DNA of 64,000 nt from Raillietiella orientalis (taxonomy: Eukaryota): positions 5,766,001 through 5,830,000 of the forward strand of contig JAYWIR010000006.1 in NCBI GenBank assembly GCA_036172245.1, written 5' to 3'. Shown one piece after another: positions 1 to 13,900 of the stretch (the first letter of the stretch is position 1; every line of letters begins with the position of its first letter). The position numbers and the translations under genes were made by a program. Under the pieces are notes generated by a model. That model was not told where the DNA came from. It did not search any database and saw only the letters and a list, made by a program, of their open reading frames with translations.

Positions 1-3000
1 CGGCAATCAGCATTTCATATGAGAGCGCTGTCTTAGAGAAACCTTCTAGGAAAGAGGAAAGGATGGCGAAAACGTTGTTTAGCAGCAGAGCGCCTTTCCT
101 GTGGGAATGGATTAGGGCAACCCATGGGTATTCCTCGCTCGTCTTTTTCTCCGTACCTGCCGAACTTCTCCGACATGACTCCGGTCAGGGCACCACCAAT
201 CATGCCCCCTATGCAAAAAATGGAAACCGTCCAGGACCAGACGAGCGTCACCGCCTCCCGGCTCATGGTCTCATTGGTTTTCACGTAATGCGTCTCATTG
301 ATGAAGTTTTCGATGTACTGATCGGGGAGAGAGGGAGACATGACACCGGAGATGGCGTGAAAAAAGAAGGAACGGCGAGAGAGGTACTCAGGCCCTCTAC
401 ACACGCAAGCAGGAAGAGGAGTGGCAACAGAGCAACCCTTGAGAGTCGTGGATCATCAATGGAAAAATGGCGCTTCGTAAGAGACGGGAACAACATGCTT
501 AGGGGAGGAGCAAAATGAAGCAAGAGTCATTTAAAGCTCCAGCAACGTCCTCTTTCCGCACTTCTCACTGCTTCCTTTCTGCAGGAACCCTCTGTGCCCG
601 CAAATGCCCCCTGACTATAGCTAAGTTTCGACCAAGGAGGATTATCCCAGGGCTTTCGCGAATGCCAGCCCACCCTTGCTCTTGGTAAGCAAAATGCACG
701 TTCTTCTACCCGTGTCCTTGTTTTCAGCTAAAGAGACGGAAGAGCAGATAAGCAGGCACAAGAAGCATTGAGGGGATCTGCTTCCTGCTGAAGAGTTCTC
801 AGAACGCTAGGGTGGTTGCACCCGGAAGATGAGGTAGGAATCCATGCGGGTTGTGTCGAGAATCTCAAGAAAAAGACCTTCCCTACTGCTACTGAAAGAT
901 CATACCGAGATGAGCCGCGAGGGTGCATGCTCGAGGGAAGCAACAAGCCGGAAAACAATCTAGAGGCTAACGGATGTTGGTTGGAAACTTGCTGACCCAG
1001 CAAAGCTGGTAACGCGCAGGTTACCCCTAAGAAACGGAAGGCTTGCAGGTGATGCAGACTTCGAGGTCGAGGAGGACCAAATCCGAATGCCGCTGTCTCC
1101 TTCCGAGTTAGTTGAAATGGACTTCTTTGTCGCTGTCATCGGTTGGATAGTCGATCGACGGGTTGAAAGAGATGCGGAGCCGGTAGGGAACAGACAGCGA
1201 CCGACGCTTCGCTGTCGATCTGTCTGCGCAAAGGGAACGGAGCGACGAAATTCCGCGGGAAACGGGCAATCCTCCACCGTGCGGAGCGGGGATAGAGAGA
1301 AGCGAATCGACATTTTCCCGTCGACCCCCGGTTTCCTCCTCCCCCTTCCCATATTCAAGCTCAGACGGGCTCCTGAGTTTTTAGCTAGCTGTTTCCCTCT
1401 CTGCTCTCGAGGTAGATGTGAACATTGAACCGCCATCCGCTCTTCCTCACGTTCCAGACGCTCCTGAGGGAGGTCTTAGGAGTGACCCCGCGTCATTTCA
1501 ATCAGAGAACAATTACATATGGGCGAAGAGCTTGGGAAAGGGAAAACGCACTAAATCTCTGTCATCTGAACGGGAAGGGTCATTCTCCTACGGATAGCGC
1601 CGAAAGCCGTAGCCAAACTTTTGGGGAAGGCTCCTCGTCGTGCTTTCCAAAACCGAAGATCCCCACCGTCAAACACTCGGAACTTTGCCAACTCCTGAGG
1701 ACGCTCGAAGGCCGGATACAAGAAAAAAAAACTGTTCCTCTTCCACGGAGTCAAACGATCACTTCCTTCGCTCATACTTTCTTCTATCGAGATCTGGCAA
1801 GCTTGCGAGGCACTCATCTTCCATGCATCTCCTCCCTTCTTTTTGCAGTCAAGGAGCAACGGCGCGCAAGACGACGAAGCGGTGTCAGAAATTCAAGTGG
1901 CGAAATGGTCTCCTGCACTCAGAAGGAGAACAAAAAAAAAGGAAAGAAAGAAAGAAAGAAAAAAAATCAAGATTGACATCACGATTATAACACGCAGAGT
2001 CGTTCGCGGGCTGCAAGCTTTTGTTGTTTCCTCATTTGCATGCACGACCGGTAGGCGAGCCAAGAAGACTTCCGCAACGTTTGTATGCTCAGCCTTTAGT
2101 GTTCGGAAAGTGAGCGTATATTCGGCACACGCTTGCCTTCGATAAATGTACTTCACACTTTTGTAAACGCGCTCGTGGCGATGGCGTGTTGGGCTTTTCC
2201 TGGAGACTTTTACAACCACTCCCGGTCAAACGTCTTTTGAACGGAAACAAATCCCAGTGACTCACGCATGCCGTATCGCTGACACGCAATGTCTGTTCTC
2301 GCGGGGGCACTCGGATAAAATTTTGAAGCGTGCACGTCCAAATGTGCACCTCGTCAACTCAAATCGAGCACCCAACACGTGCACTTTCCAAGACAGTGAC
2401 GGTGCTTCTTTTTGTCGAAAGGCGAAAGTTGCTTCTTTGGGTGCAGCTTCCAAGGCAGCATGCACTCTGTTGATCTCGCAAAAGACCATCATTGGCACTT
2501 ATAGAAAAGAGTCACACGTGCGCGGGAAACAGGTGTCGGTGATGGGTTGCTTACGAAGCTCAGATGTTACAAAGGCAATTTTCAGGATCTCGCGTCTTTC
2601 GGACGGAACCCAAAGATGCGATACACGGATTCGAAGTAGGGTTCACGGAACTTCGAGAAGATACGTTTCATACTCGAAGAGCGAGAGGAGGCAGGCAGAA
2701 AACGAAGAAGAGTAAGCAGGCTGCGTCGCAAAATTGGTACACTTAATTGGGAAACTGCTGCCTGCCGCTACCGTCATAATGACAGACCGGAAAGACGTTC
2801 ATCTCCCAGCTCCAAAGTGGCGTCGTCGCCAAGCCGATTGAAATTAACTTTACGTTTCGCAGGCTTTCTCGCTGCGACGATTGCTTTAGGTGATGGCGTC
2901 AGCTGGAGCAGAAAGACGGTTGTGATGTGCATGTGATTACTGAGGAGCACATCTGTATGAACACCAATTGTGAATTACATCTGCGATAAGATATTTGAAT

Positions 3001-3407
3001 TTTCTCCTGCAGTAAGGACAAATTACTTATACCGTGGCCAATTCAGATTGCGAAATGTTTAAGTAGTTAAAGAGCATCGGTCGATCTAAACCCATCTACC
3101 ACGAAGACACACACACAAAAGAAGCTGCAGCCAAGACATTAGGAATTCGGCAGATAAATCTGCTTGCTGATATTCAAATCGACTCCCTCACCCCGAACGT
3201 TTTCGAAACATCACAACAAGGCGAAGGCACCTCGACGCCGCACCTGACCACTTTTTATTCTCTTGCATGCGAGCTCTGCTGCTCAACCCTTTTGGGGCAT
3301 TAACTTACCGACTGAGGTGCGTTAACGACACCAGTGTTGTATCCATGCTGAAACGATGATCCCAACGCTGCAGCAGCTATGGCAAAAGCTAAACGGGAAT
3401 TCAACCC
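1..3407 (-). CDS. SLC2A/GLUT-family facilitated sugar transporter, N-terminal part. Exons 3407-3309, 317-157 and 98-<1; continues beyond the left edge.
   Basis: Spliced translation [119 protein letters not shown]. It has class-I GLUT motifs (GYNTGV.NAP, W...VSIF..GGMIG, GRK, EMLI.G). Boundaries are canonical GT-AG with compatible phases. The 161-nt exon ending in split GR matches the layout I recall for vertebrate SLC2A1 exon 3. Confidence 0.93.
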
Positions 3408-6400
3408 CTGGAAACAGATGAATCGGAGATTAGTTCCGTCTTAGCTACCACGGATACCGTACATGTTTGATGCCTTGTATACACAAGGATAACGAAATCA
3501 AGATTTCGAGATGAGCATTCGTATCGGAAAGTTGTTTCACGCTTGAAGGATACGCTACGCATCCTTTTACGTTTTCGCCCTCCAGCGTTCGCACGGGGTA
3601 AACGATCTGTGCTTCGAGGGTTCTGCCACGAGGACTTTGAACGATGCATTTCGGTCTCCAACGAAGGGGAAACCAAGGGCTTTAATTTGACCTCTCACCT
3701 CCTCCCCCCCCGGGTGGTGGCTGCAATAATTGGGACAGCCAAGGCAGGCACAGACATGGAACAGGCAGCTCGAGAGGGCAAGCTTGTGCAAGAACCCGAG
3801 GTTTCGTCGCGCACGCGCTGTCACAGTGCTTTGACTTTTGGTTTTCGTTCGTGTTGCCTCGCCGCCCGTCTGCTAGTCGATAAGGCGTGCTGCGGACGCA
3901 CTACGAAAACTCTCCTCGTACTTGTCCGCGAAAAGTTCCACTTCAACGGGGTCGCGCGCTCCCGGCGTGTCCGCGCGACGGGGGGGGGGGGAGGAAGTGG
4001 GCGCACGACAGCGCGACCGCCCTTCGTCAGAGGGGATGGTCTCTTTCGCTCCGTTCCGGCTTTCTCTCGCTCCCCCGCACTTCGGGCCGGCAGGCGGCGT
4101 CCACTCCTGCGTCCGGGTTGGCGTTCACATCCCGGAGTGCGCGTGCCGCACGTATACGGTCTTATCTCCCGATGCAAAATTCATACTACTGCAAGCAAAT
4201 ACAATCTCGCCACCTGAGCCTCGTGAATCGTTAATCGAATCACCCGCGACGTTACTATCGAAAGATTCAAAAAAGAGGAGGGAGGGGGGTAGGCATCTGA
4301 CGTTTGCCACTGGAGGCGCTCCGCAGCAATGGTCCGTCCACTCGAAGAGTTCGATGTTCTCGAGGAAAGCGCAGCTGAATTCGGCATCTCTGCAACCACG
4401 CTTGGATGACGCCGGAGAGCACCGAGAAGTGCTCCCGTGCCATGCGATGCAGCGCCATAGGGCAGGAGTAGCCAGTACGCGGGCAAAAGAGGAGGAGCGG
4501 GTCGCGGGAAGAGGCAGCTGCTACCGGGCAACGGGTAGAACCAAGCAAAGAACTCAGCCAAAAAAAAAAAACACACACACACCCAGAGAGAAAGCACCCT
4601 TCTTCACGACAACGCAGATGAACTCGGGGCCAGCTTCCACGCCGGAAGGAGCTACGAAAGCACGTACGTTTCGGCACACTACATTTGGACGACGTTCCTG
4701 GTCCCCGAAGTGGTACTCGCAAAAGACAAACGGAAATGTCCCCCCCCCCCCGTGCGAAGACCCAGGGAAGCCGCGCGCCATACTGCTGCCATCGAACGCA
4801 CCGTCGATCGACGGCGTGGATGGCAAACCCACGAACGATCTTCTGCACGCTCGTTACCCGCTCGCAAAATTTACGCGAAGTTTCGCGATTTTCCCTTAGG
4901 AAGCCGTCCGGCATTCGGCAGCACCGCCAGCAGCAGCGCGTCCTCTCGCTTAAGCGACACCTGACCAGCACAGAGGTAAGGGCATTCTTGGGTCATGGCA
5001 CACAGACTCCCTCGCGCACACACGCACATTCAATCGCTTTCAAACACACACGAAAAACAAACAGAGATACTACTCTTCTTGCAGACTTCTTGCTTCTGTC
5101 AGACTGCATTTCTGGATCTTGGTTCCTCTCCATTAGAGAGCACGCACGCAGGTAGCTCCACAAGTCAGCACAAGTCTTGTCAACTGACACAGGCCTCCAC
5201 AAATAGGGCGGTTAAATTTGCTGCTCATTGCCTTTTGAAATGATAATTACGAAAATGTTTAAAGACTTCTGCCCCTCCTCCAAGGCATCTCAACTGGAGG
5301 GAAAGCCTCCATTCACGTAAATGCGCTTAGTCGCGCGTCGATATGGAAACGGCTGCGGCGCTGCCGTCGCCCGATCGTGGCCCCGCGCGGGGAACCACGA
5401 GAAACGCGCCAGCGCGGTGAAAGTTTTAAGGATGTGTGAGAAAAAGAAGGAGAAACAGAAAAAAAAAGAACACAAAAAGATCAAGTAAAGCGCACGGGTT
5501 TTCTACGCGCGCTCATGTGTGCGCGACGCAGTGCTCCCAACGTGAAATCGACGTGCAGATGTGGCGGTCGCATACACGACGATCCCTTGCGCTCTGCGCC
5601 ACAACCACGGGTGGCTCCCCACAGGATCCGCGCAGTGCGCGGTGGCTGTGCGCGTATACGCGCAAGTTCCGTCCTCACACCAGCAAGGCCTCGTTCTTGC
5701 TGATGCTGCGAAAGCGTGCGAAACGTGGGGAGAGGTTTTCGTTTAATTTTTTTTTCTTTTTCTTATTGTTTTTTACGCATCCGGGAGTGACAGACAGGGC
5801 ACTCCTTCGAAACCAACTCCAGGCATCGCCGCATGCGGCCGACGCGTCCCCGCGCACAAACGAGGGAAGGCCCCCTTTAAGGGGATCCCGTCGGTCCGAC
5901 GGCGAGGGAACGCGATCGGGAAAACATTCCCTTTGTGCTCTTGTTTCACCGGAAGAGTCCCCGTCGGCACGTAACCCTGCCGTAGCAACTGGGCTCAAGC
6001 GGCCGGGCTCCTGCCGATGGACCGCAGGTGGGCGGCGGCGGCGTGTCCTTCGGCGCGTAGGAAGCGGAGAGAAAGCCCCACGAGGGGCCTGGCAGCTCGG
6101 CCCGCGAGGCTCCACAACGCACTGCCGACCTGGCTGCGACCTCGCGGCTCTGCAATCGCGCGAGGAAGGAGGGGGGATGCCCTCGATCCACCGTCCCGGA
6201 GCCACGAGCCGATTACGGGCTGCCAAGAAAAACCGCTCGGCGGCGGAGGGCCGCAGCTTCGGGCCCGAGCCACCACCGCGCGCCAGGAGTCCGCACGCGT
6301 GCGCTCGTGCCGCCCCGCGAATCTCCGCGTCCGCAGTTCTCGGAGGCGGCCGCGGGCACAGGACGCTTTGAGCGCGGCTCGCCCCATGGGGGGAATATGT

Positions 6401-7656
6401 CACAGCGCGCGCGCAGGCGGCGTTTCGGGTTTCCTCCAGGATGCGAAGAGCACTCCCGAGGATTGGTTTCGCTCCAACCTTCGGGAAAGCGAAATCAATC
6501 CGAACGGGAGAGGAGGGGGAGGGGGGTGGGAAGGAGGCGTTGCTGCTGCTTCCCGCTCCGCTCCGCTTCTCCCCGCCTGCCGCGCCAGAAGTACTGGAGG
6601 GGCGACCGCGCAGGTGCGAACCTGACGGACGACGCAGGCGCGGCCGCCGCCTCCCCATGGACGATAAGGTGACTGAGACGACGGCGGGAGATACAGCGGC
6701 GAGGAGAGCGCCGCCGCGATTGCGTAAAACGCGGGGACCCGCGCGCGAGGGCAGTCGGTTCTGATTTACATGGAGGGCGAAGAAGGATAATTAGACAGCC
6801 CGCTTTCGAAATCAAGTGACGCGAGATGGGGGTAAGGGCACCGCGAGCGGTTCGAAGATGGGTGTGAAAGCGGCCCGTTGCCCCTTCCCCTACCCCCTGC
6901 CATCCCTTCGCAGCAGCCACCCGCGCGACCCCCACGGTTCGCTCCCCGTGAACTCATGGGAGGCTTGGGGAATCCGTCACGGGCAGCAGAGACCAAGCTG
7001 TGCGAGCGAATCCGCCGCGAAGTAAACCTCGACGAGGGAAAAGTGGTTTCCACGGCTACCGCGCACCGGAACGCCTCCTCTTTCCGCAAGCCTCCGGATT
7101 CGCGCGCGGGGGATGAGATGCCTCCCTGATTCTTCTCCTCTTTTGACTTTTTCCGTCTTCACTGTCATCATTTCCTTCTCTCACCACCACCCCTTCCCTT
7201 CTCCCCCTTTCTCTTTCTTCCGAGGAGGATGCGGCGGAACGAGCTGCTGCCGGCCGGCCCGAAGGAGTGGGCGCGGGAGTGGTCCGAAGAGCGAACGATA
7301 CAGGCGGGACATTCGGCGATGGGGAAGTGCGGAAGGAGGGGGAAGGAGGAGCGGCGGCCGCGCCCTCGGCTCTTCTTCACTTCGCCCTGCTCGGTTCTCC
7401 CCCCCTCCGAAGCACCACCTCGACCACCCCCCGGGAGTCACACCCCGAGGCGAAAACAGCCGGGGGCGGGGAAGATCGCGCGCGCCCTCTCACATGGAAG
7501 CTGTGCGCACCAGGGCGTGCGGGTCTTTCTGGACAAGGTCATGTGCCTCCTCTTGGAAGCATCCGGAAAGCCCCCCCCTCCCCCAGCGGTGGCATCGAGT
7601 CTTGTGCGACCCGTTCGTGCGCACCAGACCCTTGAACCGTAGTCGGACCACGGGTC

Positions 7657-8091
7657 AAGGGTGTCGGTCGGAAGGCGACAAGTAGACCTGGGGCCTTTTG
7701 AGGCAATCAAAAAAAAAAGAGGGAGGGTGGAGGGGTGGAGAGACCCTTATCCAATGCCGATAAGAGGTTTGGGGGACTTCCACCCCCCCCCCCCCTTCCT
7801 CCGTCCCTGGCAGCACCCCTTGGAACCGGTCCCGTGTTCTTCGCACCAAGCGGCGCGCCGGATCCTTGCAGCATGGAGGCACCTTGCCCCGTCCACTGCC
7901 AGTCCACGATATTCCTCGGGATTCCACTTATCACCCGTCCACGCAGCACTCCACGGTTGGGTCGCGAACCCTCGTCTCTTCACCCACAGAGATCCATGGA
8001 ATGGCTCTCCCCACCCACCCAGCCTCCCTTTTTTTTTTTGATCGTCTCAAAAGGTCCCGGGTGTACTCGTCGCCTTCTGACCGAGACCCTT
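7657..8091. mobile_element. MITE-like element: ~95-bp imperfect terminal inverted repeats (7657-7753 and 7997-8091) around a non-coding core
   Basis: aagggtgtcggtcggaaggcgacaagtagacctgggccttttgaggcaatc(a)n matches the reverse complement of (t)ngatcgtctcaaaaggtcccgggtgtactcgtcgccttctgaccgagaccctt at about 80%. No target-site duplication is visible. Confidence 0.5.
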
Positions 8092-8587
8092 TTCGAAGCA
8101 GAGACGACGCCAACACGGACAACAGCGCGCATGCCCACTGGGGTGAACACATGCGTGCCTTGTGTGCACCCGGTGCGCGTGCACAGAAGTCCATTCCGTG
8201 GCCGTGGGCGCACGGTGGGTGAAGCGCACTCCTGAGGCTCTACGAACATGCGTGTTGGGCGCTAAGCCCATGGTGCGGCCGCGCGAGGGCGTAGCGGCAC
8301 CGGGCAGCGGCGGCTCCAAGAAGCTCGCGCGGAGTGGTAGTTCCCCACCGGAAGCACGCCGTGCGGTGTGCCACGGAGGGGTCGCCCGTTGCGAAAGATC
8401 GCACCGTGTGGTCAGGACAGGGCACCGGAAGGTCGTGGTGAGCGCTGCTTCCCAGTCGCGTTCCGGTGGCCGAGGCACGCACGCACGCACGCGGAGTCTG
8501 CGGGAGACGCGCTTCCCGATGACGGCAAGGGGTTTGGGGGACTTTTCCCCCCTCCCCTCCTCCATCCCTGGCAGCACCCCTTGGAAC
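7766..8587 (+). repeat. Pair of ~60-bp direct repeats (7766-7826 and 8531-8587)
   Basis: Both copies read ggtttgggggactt-(C-rich)-tccctggcagcaccccttggaac. Confidence 0.75.
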
Positions 8588-10217
8588 TTGCCTTCTTTCT
8601 TCGCCTTCGCTACGTTTGCCGAAGGAGTGCGCGATCGGGAGAAGTCGCGGCGTTCCATGAGCTCCTCGCTCCACCCCTAGGCCTCACCCTCTCTCTACAG
8701 GGAGGGAGAGGCGTCGGCCGAGACGCCAGATAATCCGCGGCTTCCTCCGACAGAGCCGCAGGCAGTGCGCGGGGAAGGGGCGAGCCTCGAATCTCACGTT
8801 GGCGTCCCTTCTCCTTGCGCTCTCTTCCGGCGGAGCGAGCGCGCCGCCGCCGCTATGACTCAGCCGAAAGGGCATGCCTGGGGCGGACACCCCACGCGCC
8901 GCCTCCATCCTGAGGGAGCGCGCACCCAGCTCCCGGAGCCTCCTCGCCCACGTCCCGCCGATCTGCGCCCGTCTTTCGCCCGGAGATGGACCTCCTCCCG
9001 ACCCCGCAAGCGAAGAGTGAAGAAGGTTTCTGCCAGCTCCTCCTTTTCCCGATCTCGGCGAGACTGCTGAACACATCCGTCGCTCGCTGGCAACCGATGC
9101 CACGAATTCCGGAGGACCGTCCGCTGGCAAACGAGCGGCAGCAAATTGTCGCCTTCTCCATGACAACGATTCATTTGGAAGTCTACGAGCACCTGCGCTG
9201 CTATTTGAGGGATTCCCCCTCCCCCCCCTCCCGCCCCGTTCCTCCATGCATTTTCCTTCTGTTTTCTTTTTTTTTTCCTTTTTGTTGCTGCTGCTTGGGT
9301 TTCTCGTCGAGCGGCTTGCTGAAGGTCGAAACTTCGATCCCGGGCCGGTCAGGCGCGGAACTGAGCGCTTCCACCGTTTCGGAGATGGAGAATCGTGGGG
9401 CAAGCCGACGCTTGGGTTACAAAATCGGCGTGCCGCGGTGTGCGCCCGCGCAACCATTTTGTGCGTGGCGCGAATTTTGGCGGTTTCCCGCGACAACGGT
9501 GCTGGCAGCAGCGGCGCGCGGCGGCCAAGTCCGGCGCCGCATCCGGCTTCCGGCGCGCAACTCTTCGGGCTCCTCGGATCCCGAAAAAGGTGTCCCGTGC
9601 CGAGTGCTTCGGAGGATTATCGATTGTCCTGACCTTGGCACCGCACGGGATGGAGTGCTACGACGATACAGCATCTCGTCCGGGAGAGTCTCCATGCTTC
9701 GAAAGAACGTGCAGCAAAGAACGCCACCACCGCGATGCTCGTTTTTTTCCCCTTCTTTCTCTCTCTCTCTCTCTCACACAGTTTTCTGCCGAAAAAAAGA
9801 AGGGAGCTCCGGTGTTTACGTCATCCCAAGGAGGCCCGGAGCCGCCCCACGATGCCCCTCGTGGATCTTTTTCGAAAACAGCGACGGGAGGCGGAGAGCG
9901 CGCGCGAACCTGCCAGAGGGGCAGGCAAGAGGAGGGGGTGCGCCGCCACGCGCTTTTTCCGGCGCCGCCACGAGCTCATCCGCGTACGCGCGGCTTGGAT
10001 GCGGCGGGGCGCGTGCGGTGACAACGGGCGGCAGGCGGGAGCGAAAGCGCGGGCTGCGTAAGGAGGAAATGGGGACTCGGCTCCCCCCTCGCAAGGGAGA
10101 GGGAGGAAACGACGAGGGCGGGAGCGCGGCGCGACGGTAGACGTCGTCCGGTCCGTACTTTTCCGTCCGCTTCCTTCCGCAAATTTCACCCGCAAAGCAG
10201 GCAGATGCCGGACTCAC

Positions 10218-10244
10218 CTTTTTCTCTTCCCTCTGTGCCTCCAT
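10218..10244 (-). CDS. Candidate short first coding exon of the GLUT gene (MEAQREEKK)
   Basis: ATG plus 8 further codons, ending AAG|GTGAGT (consensus donor). Phase 0 joins in frame to the 3407 exon and places basic residues just before TM1. Confidence 0.5.
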
Positions 10245-10901
10245 CGCGCAGCACGAGCCGACGCCGGAAGTGCCGTTTCAGCGAGGCGACCACACTGCCA
10301 TCCCAGAGAAGCGCCGACAGCGGAAAGGTCGTCCATCCCGGTGCCATTTATTCTGCACCGCGGGCCGGCAATCGATTCCGCGTGTCGTCACGAATGGCGT
10401 CAGTCAGTCCCCCTGCCGTACGCATCGTCCGGGCTCTCGGAGAACGTTTCCCCCACGGTTTCTACTAGAAGCGGAAGCCGGTTGGCAAGGAAGCAGGCGC
10501 GCCCGCGCGCGTTCACCCCGCGCGCGTCGTCAGGGGTGCCCTGCCTCCACCGTAATTTCCTGCGCAAATTTTTTTGCGCTGATTGATCGAAAAGAAGAAA
10601 TGCCTCTCCGGCCGCTGCAATGTGCGCATGGATCCGGGTGGCGGGGAGAAGGAGAAACCGCGGAGCGCTTCGCATCCTGGCTGAGGCGAGCCGCTCCCGT
10701 GCCTCTTTCCGGGAGATATGCAAGGGTTGGTTCACGTTAAATGGGGGAGGGCGAGAGTTGTGGGGTGCACGCGCGCAATTTCCCTGCCAGTAAGAACGGA
10801 AAGGGACAGTGGTAGTAGCTCTGGGAGGTCGCGGAGGACGAGAGTGTTCCCACTCTGCCCAGGGGAAGCCAGCACGCAGTTCCCCTTGAAGGGATTTATG
10901 T

Positions 10902-13900
10902 TTATGTTGCCCCCCGGGCAGTGTGGGAGCCCTTTTCCATGGCCCTTTCCATTCCGGTGGACAACTCCCGGCGGCGTTCTTAGGCCACTCTTTGCTCGGA
11001 ATGCCCAGCAGCCGCAACCACACTGCTCTGCTACCTGAGCCGCGCGAAGACGCTCCGGGGAGCAAGCAAAAACCTTCAGAGGAACGTGCGTGGACGCTCG
11101 CAGTCCTCTGTGAGCCGTGTGCAGAAACGCGATCGTAGTTGCCCCGGATGAACAGAGAGGGCGCATCCATTGCGAGCGCTTGCGGCGCTGCTGCCCCGTT
11201 CCAGGCTCTCCGCTCGGGAGCGCACATTGCGCATGTGTTGACGGGACGACCCACATCAAACCCGTTGCGCGCGCGCCTGGTTCACGGCCTGCCGAACTAG
11301 GTGACGGCCAAAGAAGAGATGCCAGCAGTCGTAACCAGGTAAACCCACACCGGTGGTCTTCGGCTCCTGCGGCCGGCGCGCGCTGCCGTGCAGCAGTCAG
11401 GGCGGTTAGGAAACCGTCCGGGAAGCGGTCCCATCCGGTGAGAACCGAGCAAGGACAGCACCACGGGACTCGCACGGTCACAGCATCCGCGCTGGCGCCC
11501 TGCTAGGTGACGCGCGACTCCAGCTCGGGAAGCAGGCGGGAAGCGGCTCTCGCGAACGCAGCAGGCATCACCCCCAAGCGGCCTTGCTCGAAAGCTCCAG
11601 GAATTACTCGCGCGAGGAGAGACAACTGCGGGAATGGACCGTCCGGAGAGAGGGGTGGGGAGGAGGGGAGGGGTAGCGCAAGATGAGATGCGGGAAATCG
11701 CGCTGCCAGAGCTCCTAGCGTCCGCTCGGAGAGTTGCAAGACCTCAGCATCTCGCATCCCGAATGCGTCTTCTCATACGGGGAGCTGCGACGCCGCTTCG
11801 GAGTGCTCTCTTCGTATCAAGGCAGCACTTTGACCTGGCATACCATCGATTCTCTCTCGCTCAGGGTCATAGAAAACTGCCATAGATGCGGTCGTAGATT
11901 CGTCGCCAGAGCTGGCTTCCTGCTGGCAAAAACGCCGCGAAGTAAGGCAAAAGTAGATCCGTCGAGAGCTTCACCCAGCCATATTCTGGCTTCTCCTGTG
12001 AGCGGTTTGCTGACCCCGAGCGAAACGAGCGCTCCAAACAGCGAGGGTTGGTCGCTGTGCCGACAAGCCTCGACCGACCACCAGCGACAAGCAATTTGGA
12101 ACCTGAGCTGAACGCTGCTGGGTGGAGGCTTGCCAACTGGTTCGGCAGTGGTTGACCGGTCCATTCGACCCGCCTCTCAAATTCCATAGGGCAGCGGGCT
12201 CGAAGCAAACATCCTCGCAGTAGTACCCGGATCGTACGCTACTCTGCGCGCGCTGTCACTCAAAGGCTGATGCCGCCTTGTTCGAAACGGTATGCGGCCG
12301 GGTGGGTTGCAGCGGCGTGGGGGACGCGGTTCGGAGCCACTGGGGGTTCATGCGACGAAGCACAGGGAGACTGCGAACATGGGAAGAAGCTGAATGGAAG
12401 TGGAAGTGAGGTAAAAAGAAACAAAAGATCAGTGATAGAAATCGAAGGGAAGGGGGGGGAAAACCGAAAAGAAAGCTGGAAAAGACATTCCCGGGTTCTC
12501 TGGTGGCCGTCGCAGTCACCAGAGCGAAAAGGGGCCAGAAGACTCATATCCTTTCCTAGAAACACTTCGACCTTGCTCCAGGTCGGAAGACGCTTTCGCG
12601 TCTGGGTTTCGATTGGAAGGTCTGGGGAGCCGCTTGACATTCCAGAAGGGCTTCTAGTTGCTTGGTGAGCGCACAGTGGTCACGCGATGGCGGAGAGGCT
12701 CCTCTACGACCTCATGCCCCCAGAGCAATGCTTGGAAATCCTCGCAGATGGGATGGACACCAGGTCCTTTCGCACCTTCATTTCATTCTCGAGCAACCAA
12801 TGCCTATGCTGCAAGAATGGGTGCGTCCCAGAGGAAACCGGGGTGTAGCCTCCAATCGGGAATGTCTGTGACGTCACTATCCTGATCTTCGCGGCTCTTT
12901 GAGGGCCCGTGGATCCTGACTTGCGGACCGGACGAGAGCGCGCCGTTGTTCCGACAGTATCTGCCTCGCGGGTGGCGCATACTGCGGACCACTGGGGAGA
13001 GAATATCGGTGCTGCGTAATCGCAGGGTCCTTGCGATTCTGTCTTCAAGTCCCCTGGAGGCTGTTTTTCAGAAGTGAAAGGGGTAGTGCTGCATCCTGTG
13101 CGCATGACCAGGCGAAAAACCGGTAGGGTAGCCCGCATGCCCTTATTCAGGAAACATTGGGGAGAGAGCTCTGACAGTTTTCCTTCTCGCGGGCGATCTG
13201 AGATGATTTTTTGTCTGTTCCCCTTGATAGCATCTCCCGCGTGAGCGTCAGTGAACGTCAGTGCACGCATCCGTGCTTTTCAACAAAAAGGAAACAAAAA
13301 AGCACGATTAAGGTCTTCAGGCGTTCTGGGATTGAGATAGCTTCCCTCTTGGCCTTCTCCAACGCCTGCACTCTGCTACTACTCAAGGTTTTATAGAGAG
13401 CTTCTTCACAGGTGCCTTTGACTGGCACCAGTGCTACGCACTTCAATATCCGAAGAGACCTCCCCTTGCGGCTACTTTTTTCTCTTTTTCTCCTTCGCCC
13501 CGCTATAAGCATGCCCCACCCGTTGAGGCCGTTTTAGGCTTATGACGTCCTCCTGATGCATTCGGATGGCAAGAAGTGCTCCTCAGCTCAGCGAGTCACT
13601 GACTTCGATGGACTGACAACCCTGCTTTCGCGTACCGGCCCAACTGTAGCCGCTTACAGCTTCCCGCTTAGGCCGATGGCCTCCGCCCTGGGGAGCGAAC
13701 ACCCACGGCTCTCCTGCCTCCCCACGAACAATGACGCTTGGCGCTAGGAGACTAAGATTGTGTATCGAAATCATCGAGACCATGTCAGACATGACCGGCT
13801 GTTGGCAATTTCGGCCGAAGTGCCAACAGCCGGTCACCTCCCCCGGAACAGTGGAAGCAAGAAAAGTGGACAGTGCAACTGCTGGAGTGTCCGACAGTCA

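Noticed and set aside
3543..10140. ORFs of 200-380 aa inside the GLUT upstream intron
   Set aside because: They cross homopolymer runs and show no homology features; treated as intronic.
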